From Antedon mediterranea (taxonomy: Eukaryota; Animalia; Echinodermata): a DNA stretch of 64,000 nt. The DNA lies in contig NC_092672.1 of the NCBI RefSeq assembly GCF_964355755.1, positions 186,001 through 250,000 of the forward strand, written 5' to 3'. Numbering within the stretch: position 1 is the first letter of the stretch; each line of letters starts with the position of its first letter. A model generated the notes under the pieces. That model was given only the letters and a program-made list of their open reading frames with translations, was not told the DNA's origin and did not search any database. The translations under genes were made by a program, and so were the position numbers. This document shows, piece after piece, positions 1 to 11,200 of this stretch.

Positions 1-14
1 GATGACTAGTATAC

Positions 15-3000
15 CTTTGTTGTTACAAATAAGCAAATCAATACGAGGATTGTTAACTAGTATTGCGGTAACATTACTATGTTTTTGAGATACAGCATCA
101 TGGAGTGCTGTGTCTCCATCATTATCCTATTAAACAAAATTAATTAAGAACATGGAAAAGTTAATTCATCAAATAGATAAGAACATTTTTTGGTACAGTA
201 GTAAAGAAAAAAGACGTCCGTGTAACAATTAAAAACTGTTGTATTTTGGTACTTAAAGATACACATATATTTACCAAACCAAAACAATTGTAAGAATGTA
301 AATGAAATGAAATTTTTTTCCCGTTACCTTTATGTTGGGATCACAATTGAAACGCGTTGCCATCAGAACTGTAACGCATTTGTCGAAACCTTTTCTTGAT
401 GCTAAATGCAGACACGTGCTTCCATTATTACTGCGAACATTTGCATTACAACTTTTAGAAAGGAGAAACTCGACGATATGAGGATGATTCCTGCAATTTA
501 AAGTCTTAAGTCAATATAAAATATAGAAAACGTTATATAATACACAAACCCACGATATATTTTAAAAATCGTTCACATAATGAAAAGAATAACTCACTCA
601 TTGACAGCAAAGAAAATAGCAGTCCATCTATCTTTGTCTGTTTTTTCGATGTTTGCCCCTCCTTGCAGAAGACGGTCGGCAATATTTTTGTGACCTTTAC
701 CAGCTGCTGCCATCAATGCTGTGACGTTCTGATGCATTGTATCCACCTATATAACATGCAATATTGTATTAATTTTACATCGTCTCGTAATTTCCAAATT
801 GCAAAGTATATATTGATACAAAAAGTGAAAGATTACCGAAGAAGGATTGCGTCTGATGCATTGGTCAACTGTAGAAAGGTCGCCGTTTGCAGCGGCAGCA
901 ACAATCAGTGATACTGTTGACTGGCCGATTAACAACCGAAGAAGTTCTCCCTCTATTCACGAAAAGAAATATTGGTTTATGAATAGTTTTATTAGTAACA
1001 TGCTATAAACAAATTGTTAGATGGTTAGGGTTAGGACTCACCTAGACTGCTACGACCTGTATAAGATGATGTACCATCTCCACGTGAGACCAGCTCCAGA
1101 CAAGCAGGGTTAAAGTAGAAATTACGGCCTGTTGAAAAGCTAACATGCACATCCCCATCACTGTCAACTTCCATTACATTTCCAGTTTCCCCAATAGTCT
1201 GACGATAACAAGTGATAAGTCGTTTTAAATAACATATAATTTGCTCCTGTCAATTTCCTTAAAGTAAGTTCATTAGGCCTATGTTTTGTGCACTATACCA
1301 TCACCCACAAAAGTTACATTACAACTGTAACGAAAAAAACTATATGAATTGAAATTCAGTCTTTAAATTGTAACAAATTACAAAGTAACTTCCATAAATG
1401 ATTCATATTATTTATATATACATATATATATATATAAAGGGCTAGTGTTGCCCGAAAGCTCTGCTAACTTTTCTGGCTGTTTTACTTCTCGTTTTGATTT
1501 ATCTTTTCGCTTTTATTTTGTATCTCCATTGAGATCCAGCCACTGATACCCACAGCATTGTCATTTGTTCAGTAATTTGCCTTTGGATTTATATTGGTAC
1601 GGCGGAACAGCACTAGTCCTATAAAATACAAATCAATAGCTACTTTAATTTGTTTACCTGTGTCAATTCAAGGACGAATCCTCCATGACCTGATTGAAGT
1701 TTCATCAATGAGTCCATACTTAAACTTGATTTAACTCGGACAACGTCTCCTCTTCGTATCGGTCCATCGTCCGTCTTTGTATCCGTTGTTGAAGATAAGG
1801 AGCCTGTGGTTATAAGTTATAGCATTATCTTTAAAACTTTGGCGAAGTACAGTACGTAGTTATAAAGAAAATCAATTGTTATTTTTTATTTTGTGAGGAA
1901 ATGAAATGCTTACCATAAAGTTTTTTTGATCGTGGACCTTGTTCAATTAGATTAATGCAAGCTGGGTTAAACTTGAATGACCTCCCTCCAAGTGACACAG
2001 TTACAGCTTTCGTATCGTCGTCGACGCCTAGAACAGTCCCTGTTTTACCACACACCTTGAATTGAATTATCCCAGTTTGTAAATTTTAGGTACATTTCTC
2101 TTATTAAATGTAAACACTGTAACTATGTTATGTATCTTTCTTTACGACTTATCAACTTACCGACTTCATATCTGCATCAAATTCAGTGTAATCTTTCTGC
2201 ATTTCACGCATTTGGTATTCTTCTATCTTTCTCACACGAACTTTATCCCCCGATGCGAATTTAGTTGTCTTGATTACCGGTGAATTACACTGTTCAGTTG
2301 GTTTTTCTTTTTGAGATTGACTCGGATAGGCTGGTGTAGAATAATGTTATGTTTACGTAAGGAAAATGTTAATGGAATAATCAAAATCAAAATGCTAATG
2401 AAATGCATAGAACTGCATACTTTAGAATGAAGACAAATGCAGGCTTAAAGTCTTGTTATACTGGGAATGACGACATCAACGGACATATATTTGTTGTTTA
2501 AGTAGATTAGTAGACATTAGTAGGCCTAAGTGTATCTAGTGGTTTTACACAACCATAAGTAATAAAACAACAATGCGCATATATAATCGACAATACAAAC
2601 TCACTAGTCTGAACAAAATCATCTGTTTCATCTGTTTTATTTGTTTTATTTACAAGCTCCAGGCACGCTGGATTGAGGTTCCAAACAGTCGAATCCTGGA
2701 ATAGTACATTTGGTACATTACCAGCTTTTATTGCTTGTACCGTACCGGTTTTACATCTGACCTATGGAAATTAAATAGCCCTTTGAATTTTACCATGTAA
2801 ATATTGACAGCAATGAATTTTGAAGGCCTAGACATTTACCTCGAGCATTTTGAACTAGGCCTAGACATTTACCTCAAGCATTTTGTCAACAAAACCACCG
2901 AATCCTTCTTGAAGTTCTTCAAATTCACTTTTGTTTATCCATTTTAAACGCACTTCATCACCAACCTTGTAAGATGTTTTAGATCGGGGCATGGATTTTT

Positions 3001-6000
3001 GTGGCATGGATTGTTGTGGCTTGCTGTGTGTATCTTGTCCCGTTGGTTTTGGATAGGTGCTTTCTATAAATGAAATAAAAAATGTTACAATTCGTCCACT
3101 AAAATCAACTCTTTCTAAACTAAGTAATTGAGGGCCTTTTAAATTTAGGAAGTTGCTCGGGCGGATAATACTCTTATTCGAAACTTTTGGAAGAAGTCAA
3201 ACAAGTTTTTTTAATGTTGCTTTTTACCATTTGATATTTTCTTTAGGAAATCATCATCCTCTGCTTTAGTGACTTTTTCCAAGAGTTTTGGATTGATAGT
3301 ATAAACTTGACCGTCTAATTTTATTCTCGGGTACACTTCACCCTTATGTGTCAGTATCGTTTCCACTGTACCAGTTTTACCAACAACCTGCAAGCAATCA
3401 TTAAGAACTATTGTTAGTGATTTGATTTAATTCAACGTATTTTCTTTTCAGTATAAGGAAGATTGCTGCTAACAATCTTAAATTTTTTCTCAATTATTAT
3501 GGTTTTATGATATTCATCTAGAGGTGCGTGAACTCACTGTATGTATTATTAAGTTTATTGTATGTTTCTACCTTAGATTTTCCTCAAGTTTGTTATGTAG
3601 TTTGATGTTGTCGTTTCACGAGTAGTATACGTATGGCCATGTGTGCCAACATAATTATATATTTACAAATATTAAGTCGAAATGCAGCTAGAACCTATTC
3701 TAGTACCTACTTTACCTTTGCTAGGTCATCTGAAAATCCTCCATAGTCTGACTGCATCATTCTAAATAGATCTATGCTGACTTTCTTTACAATAACTTGG
3801 TCCCCCTCAAGTAGTTCAGCAGACTTAGTCTGTGCTGCTGCTGCCTCAGATGCCTTTACATCTTTGTTGTCACGTGGTTCTAGTATTTAGAAAGTAAATG
3901 GAGTAGTATTAATTCTGTTCTCAATTATAAGGCTGGAACATGAAAACATAACTTGAAAGTAAATATCATTACTCGCATTATATTTTATATTTTTATACAG
4001 TAGTAGGCCTATTTGGGTTTTAAGCTAAATTCTCAGTTTTCCAAAAAAGTTTTTTTGTTGTAGTCTGCAAACATCTTTGTGCAGGTTTGATTAAATCAAT
4101 CGATATATTGTTTATCTTAGATTAGCCATTACCAAACTATTTTACACATAGGCATGGCATTGTCAATGTTTTGTGAAAGTACTTTATATGAGATGTGTTG
4201 TTATACATACTGACATAAGCAAGATGGTCTCGGTAATAGGTATCTCCTTTTCTCTCTTTGACAAATTTCAGGTCAACAGCACCATCATAGCCAACACGGT
4301 AGCCTTTAATACTACCATTCTTCCATTCAACTCTGGCACCGCTTCTCCAAGATGTCTTGTTCCAATTGGCAATCAATTTTACAACACCAGTGTCACCACC
4401 TGAAATAAAACCATTTCAAATATAGTTCCAATGCCATGTAAGTTTTCTTTTCATCGATATCTACCCCATCAATAATAATGTACAGATAAAATAAGTCGCA
4501 ATATTTGCGCATTCTTTGTACGCCAGTGGGTATACAAATAAATAGGCCTATAAATACCTCTCCAACGTATCTCTATTTTGTTTTCACATTCTCGCTAAGT
4601 ATACGAACTCAAAGGTCTGTAATTAATGCCGTTGCCTCATCATAAATCTGGTGATAAAACTTTGTTGGCAGTAAACTAACTAGATACGCATTTATCAGCT
4701 TCCTAAACAAATATTCTTTTGTCAACAATATTTATTAAGCTAAACAATTTCTAAGTAAATGTCAACGAGAAAGATAATACATAAATGATAATGCAGCACA
4801 GTGTAAGCACATAGTATCATACATCATGAATGAATTATAAATATTTAAAGAATGAAGAACGTATGAACATAATCAATCAATAATCGCGATAGTAAGCGAG
4901 ACATCCTCGATTCGATTCTTGTAATGCTATATGACGTCATGGCTGAATAGACAAAAAAGGTGTAAACCTACCATCCTGATCACCCCATTTCCAATGTTTT
5001 CCTCGAGTAACTTCTGCACCCGCACAAATGCCCCAAGCCTGCAACACCACTGATCCGTGTCGTTTACCAACAAAGACTCTAAAAAAGTAAATAAAGCATA
5101 ATGTTTTCCGCATTCCAGAATGTGGATTTTAACGCACTAATAATCACTAATAATGAATGTGGATTTTAACGCACTAATAATCACTAATAATGAATGTGGA
5201 TTTTAACGCACTAATAATCACTAATAATGAATCGCAATTTGGTGATCTAGTCCTAGTCTACCAGAGAAAAGTGGTGGAAGTACTAATTTTATTCTTCCAT
5301 GGTTTTACGCCTATTGACTTTTCTTATAGCATGGAGACGCTTATGTTGAATGCAATTTCTGATCTTTTTTGTGAAGAAAGCATACATGATTTCGTCTTTT
5401 TTATCTAATACCGTAATTAATATCAAAATAACCTTTGACCTCCATCATGAGTTATTCTGAGGAATTGATGATCCATTTCATGTTCTTGCTTCATGTAACA
5501 GAGATTACAAAGATCATAGTTTGAACAATCGTTGCATTTCCATCTTACACCAAGAAAAGCTTCCTTACTGCAGGCACCACAAGTCACATTTGCATGAGTA
5601 GCACCTACAACAAATAATAATGATACCTTATACAAATTAAATAATTTTATTGCAATCTTCATATAGTAGTTTATAATTGTTTTTATGAAATGCATTTTTG
5701 TACTGTACATGTATTGTCGAGGGCCCCATTGATCTTTGCTGGATCGGATAAGTTACCCTCATGAAACATGGTTGGATTTTTAGTTTGGGGTTTTCGTATT
5801 CATCTTCCACAATCTTAATTTAGGAAAATAAGTTAGTGGTCTCTTTAAGAACTGCTCTCGTGTATACGGACCACCAAATTTTTATTTAAAAAATAATACT
5901 AAAATCTGAACAAGGGTTTTCATTTTTTAACTTTTTTTTCTATAAAAAGAATTGTCCATAATTACCCATCATACTAATGTCCAGGAACTATTTGGCCTAT

Positions 6001-6213
6001 CTTACCTGTTGGTGCGTTATCGTAGACCAGTAACTCTCCTTTCTCTCCGATTTCACAAACCGTTTCATTTCCGTTATCCCACACCACGTAGGATTTTTCT
6101 GAGAACGTTGGCTTGTCTTCTGGTTCGAAGATAGTTCCTAGGTGACCTTCACCTCCATCTAGTTTACCTTGCTTCCAAAAAGCACTGCGTACGACTCGAG
6201 TACCCGAACTCAT
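15..6213 (-). CDS. Mind bomb (MIB1/MIB2)-like paralog A: Mib-herc2, ZZ zinc finger, Mib-herc2, four Mib/REP (SH3-like) repeats, ankyrin repeats; 3' end lies outside the window
   Basis: Exons with GT-AG ends on the minus strand: 6213-6006 ([26 protein letters not shown]), 5604-5433 (ZZ: CGACSKEAFLGVRWKCNDCSNYDLCNLCY), 5078-4972, 4399-4211 (GYRVGYDGAVDLK..YYRDHL), 3879-3716, 3387-3228, 3063-2873, 2761-2605, 2330-2161, 2055-1914, 1803-1658, 1198-1042, 952-837, 746-598, 490-328, 126-15 (ankyrin DGDTALH). Family recognised from motifs. Confidence 0.88.
1438..1620. mobile_element. Short intronic repeat-derived insertion with imperfect inverted ends (MITE-like or Penelope-like fragment)
   Basis: Left end agggctagtgttgcccg resembles the reverse complement of the right end (aggactagtgctgttccg); sits next to a (TA)n tract. 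Confidence 0.3.
2824..2885 (-). repeat. 33-bp tandem duplication of an exon end plus splice donor (paralog A)
   Basis: On the minus strand caaaatgct(t/c)gag|gtaaatgtctaggcct occurs twice, period 33. Confidence 0.85.
5118..5232. repeat. 37-bp intronic minisatellite, 3 copies
   Basis: gaatgtggattttaacgcactaataatcactaataat starts at 5118, 5155 and 5192. Confidence 0.9.
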
Positions 6214-7024
6214 TTCGCCTCGAGTTTTTTTACATTTACATCAATTCTACCAAGTATTCAGTGTTTTTATATTACCAGTCAGTTTGTAAAGTCCACTAAA
6301 TGTACCGATATACTAGAACAGAAATTAGTATTATATATGGTAATATATTTTTAAATCAACATGCATATTGATATTCACAATTAAACGGATGGGCGCTGTA
6401 AAGAATATCTATGCGATTGTATTGGCAAACTAACCTAACTAGATAAATAGCATATCTAGACAAGTTGTGTCCCTTTACGTCAAAGGAGCATATTGTATCT
6501 ATTTAACCGGAATTGTGACCGAACAATAATTAATAAGTATAATACTGCAGATTTCAAAACCAGATCGTGGGTTTTTACATGTTCGTATTGCTATACAATT
6601 TGATGCTAAAAATAGATCATGTAATGTTGCATACGATTACCTTAACAAAGAGACGGCGTAGGCTGGCCTATAGTAAGGTTCGATTGCCTATTTAATGGCT
6701 TTATTCGCAGGTTTTATTAAATACAACCTCTAAATATATTCAAATGACGATAAGGCGAACCTATGCTTTTAATTGATTTTATATTGTAAATCATTATGAA
6801 GTGAGTTTCAGGTACGTAGTAGGTTTCGACGGCATTAATATGCTTTGCGAAATTTAGATTTAACGCATTTGCATCTGAATAATTACTGCAAAACCCGTAA
6901 ATTATCTATTGTAAATGAAAAATAATACATGCAAAACAACACAACTTACATATATGTATGCCTGTACAATGATAGTTGCCTGTGTTGCTATTGCGCTACG
7001 TTATGAAAAATAAAATGTACCAGG

Positions 7025-7095
7025 AATAACCCAATAATGACGTCATGTTTTGTTATATTCACTGACGAAGTCTCCTTTGTGATTGGCTATGAGCA
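7025..7095. promoter_or_regulatory. Candidate bidirectional promoter between head-to-head paralogs A and B
   Basis: CCAAT (7031), palindromic CRE TGACGTCA (7038-7045) and reverse CCAAT (ATTGG, ~7082). Outward-facing donor-like sites flank it (AAG|gtaacg at ~7205 on plus; gtaagt at ~6945 on minus). Confidence 0.35.
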
Positions 7096-8295
7096 GAACA
7101 ACACTTTCAACGCAATACATCTCTTATTTTGGGGGTGCGTTAATCCAAAAATATTTCTGGGAATATTAAGATCGATTACGGAGCTAGTGTTTACAAACAT
7201 CAAGGTAACGTAACATCATTATTTTCTTCTTTATTCAGCTTTGTACACAACACAACAGCAATATCAACATGAACCTGTTGCTCTAGCCTAATTGAATGAT
7301 CAGTAGACTTATACTCTAAATTGATAGAAAACATAAATGTATTAATTAAGGTTTATCTTAGGAGGAGAGTCTATCTTCACTCTGATTATTCTTACAACGC
7401 ATTTGATAAATTCTGTAAAAGCTATTTAAGCTTCTCATGGGAAAAACGGTCTTCGTTGAAATATTCCCAATGAATGGTATTGTTGCTTGTATAGTTTCAT
7501 TTTCTTTTAGTTTTTCTTTTTTTTTCTCTCACCGCACCGCATGTTGTGAGTGCCACCGATCAAAAGGTGAATGGGCCAACAAATAAATAAATAAATAGTA
7601 ATAGACTGGATTCCTATCAATAATTTGAATTCTTATGGCTAAAAACTGCTTTTCCAACAACCTTTATTCAGAACCTGCTTGTATGTGCTAATAAAAGAGT
7701 TAACATTACACCACCACCATTCCTTAATACGTTATATTTCATGTTAAAATCTTTTTTGATGGATTTATGAAAATTCTATAGTCCAAACTCCAGTTTAAAC
7801 ACATAGTCATCATCGGAACGTTTTAGATTGTCAATAGCATATAGTGTCTCAGCCTTTAGTTTCATTATAAATGTAGTTATTGTTGAACCAGAAGTTGAAC
7901 TTTGTACAATACAGACCCCCGATATGGTATCATACCATTATCGCGAGTTATTTGCATTCATTGTATACACTCAAGGAAACGGTGCGAAAATGATTGGTTT
8001 ATTTGCTCAGAATAAACGCCACAATAGAATATCAATAAACATGGATGCCGTTGTCTGGAATTCCCCATTATATGTTTATGAGTTATAAATAACTATACCT
8101 ATAGACGAATATGTATATTATAATCAATTCAGGTAAACAGTATAGTGTTATTTATACTTCTACAATTCAGCTAAACAGTGTTATTTATTATTGAAAGTAT
8201 GTCTTTTATTAGGAATAACTGCCAGACACTCATGCGTGTCTCATTCTGATCAGATCATTTTTGGTCGGACGTGTTTGTGTGTTGTTTTTAAAATC

Positions 8296-11200
8296 ATGAG
8301 CGGAATTCGTGTTGTACGGGGCCCTGATTGGAATTGGGGCGTGCAAGATGGCGGTGAGGGTCATGTGGGTACTATCGTTTTTCCAAAGGAGACAGACGAG
8401 CGTAAGTCGGGTCTAATTATTTTTATATCACATTGTATCAATCCTAGATAGAATACTTTACTGCATTGAACAATGTATTTTGCTTGAGATATAATGTATA
8501 AATAATGTGGAGTAAAATCGCTGCCAATACATGTCAAGTTTACATAAATACCTTTTTTAATGACAGTTAAATCGAACGCAACTTTCGTAAATTGGGATAA
8601 GGGTTTGCGTGCAAATTACCGTACGGGACATGGTCAGAAGTTTGATTTGTTGGTGTTTGATACTGCCCCTGCAGGTGAGTTATGTTATTTAATTATATAA
8701 ATTTAAATATAATATTGACGAGACTCGGCATTGCAAGAAACACTGACTACTGTACTTTCCATCTGGAATAATAATTAAACACTAGAACATAATCATTTTG
8801 CATTCAGCATGATTCTATTGTTAGAAATGTGATTTTTTTTCCGTAATATATGTTATTGTGAAGGGCTATTTAACTGTGTCATCTTGATCAGTTTAATTCT
8901 ATTAACTGAATATGTATTAAACAGGAATCACACATAGCACTGTACAGTGTGATGGGTGTCAGTGTGATCCTCTTCGTGGGATGAGATGGAAATGTAATGA
9001 CTGCCATAACTATGACCTGTGTAGTGCTTGCTACATGTCAGACAAGCACGATAAATCGCATACATTCATGCGTTTTGACGCACCGCATCTTGATTGGTAT
9101 GTATATAGCAAATGCCGACTCTGTATCAAAGTATAGTATAGAACTACTGTGTGGTTAGCCCCATAGAGTAAAGATGCAACACACACAACAAAAACATGAC
9201 AAGCATGCAGATACATTTAGGACACCGCACTAAAATTACTGAGTCTACCTTATTGTAGAAAAGGGAAAAATCTCAATGTAGTCGATCCACCATAGTCACT
9301 GTCAGATGAAATTATCATAAGATTGTATCTTCTTCATCTTTTTCATTCTTTTATTTTATTTTGGTTTAAATTATTGTTTTGTTTGTTCACAGTGTTGCGG
9401 TCCCTAAACGTGTTGGTGCCGTTAAATGTCAAGCATGGGGTATATTCGAAGGAGCAACAGTTGTCAGGGGACCAGATTGGCAATATTCTGATCAAGATGG
9501 TAACGATAACATACGAATAATTAAATAATAAAACAAAACGATCAGTTGCTTAAATTTCATTATTTTTCATTTAATACAAAATTCTGAATTTTTTTATTTC
9601 TGAATATATATATATATCAATTTTCCTTTTTCAAATGTTGCATCAAATTTTAATAGGCTATATCATAAAAAACAATACTCTATATAATATTTGTAAGGTG
9701 GAACGGGTCAAGTTGGTGAAGTAAAATCAATTATGGATTGGAAGGAAAACTCACCAAAAAGTGGGGCAAAAGTGGACTGGCCAAACGGTAAATCCAATAA
9801 CTACCGTGTTGGATTTGGAGGAAAAGTAGACGTTGAGTACAGCATGGAGGCAAGTGGAGGATTCTTCTACAGAGATCACCTTCCAAAATTTGGTAATTCT
9901 ACTTTAATGTATTTACAACCATATGAACAAAAATGGACCGTTAATTGCCATCTGAAATTATTCCACCTGAATAAGCATATTGAATGCTTAGTAATGAATA
10001 TTTCTTTCGTTCGTGCTAAGGTAAATCATGCTGCCGTGGTTGGTTGATTGTATTGTTTCCAAACTCTAAAAAAATAACACATCAGTAATTATTGTTTATG
10101 CTATATTTATTTTCTTCGAACATTCTATTTCCAATTTATCCATTTACAATTTATACATTTACAGTATGGATAATCGCCAATAACATTACATAAGTACTTG
10201 CTCTATATTTATCTTTACTTATAAACCAGACTATATTATAGGGTCCAATAATATATGTTTTGACGTAGTGATATAAAATAAACTCTGAGGCAATGCATTA
10301 TGATATATGATATTTCAAACTTTATTTGTTCATCTTCAATCCTAATGATAATAAAATTATTTATCACATATTACAAATAGAGTACAGTAACTAAAAATAA
10401 CTAATATATAATATTGTGTATGTTTCTTATCTTGCAAAGATATGAAGTACTACCGGGTCCTTTTCCCAATGGATGCTTCTGTGACGGTGAGGGATTTACC
10501 ATTAGAGACACTGCGCAGACTCCAACAGGATCGGTGTGGATGGCAAGACGCTATGATTTCGGTTAGTTTGTTGTTCTATAACAACTTATTCAAAGTACAT
10601 AACAAAAGTAAACTTCTATGAAACATTGATTTTAAGATGCTAATGATCATTTATGATGTAATATAGCTTAACCTTAAATGTGCTTCTTATTCATATCTAA
10701 ACTTGCAATTGTTCGTTTAGGATAAATCTGGAATAGATAGGAATAGTTTCCTGTTTTTATATAATAGGGATTTTTGTTTTCTTGCTTTATATTAGAACCC
10801 ATTCATTGTATAATTATGCGAAAGATGTTTTCTTAACTATTTGACACAGACTGCAGGGAAAGACGGTACTGTTATAGCTGCTGCTAAAGACGGTGATATC
10901 AAAGTGAAAACCGAAGTTGGCACGTGGTTTTACAACCCAATCTGCTTAGAACCGACTGATGCTGGTGGTGACGATGGTAAGTCGTTGCTTGTGATGTCCT
11001 TGTGCGATTTGTGGTAAAACGACAACGAATGGCAATGGTTGCAGGGTTAAGTCTTGTTTTACAGTCAGCGATAGTGGAAGTCACACTCCATTGCATTGCC
11101 TTAAGTATATTCTGAACTTTATTAAGCATGGTTAGGCCTACTAATAATATAACATACATTGTTTCTTAGGTGACCCTGATACTGGCGATCTTCTACGGGC

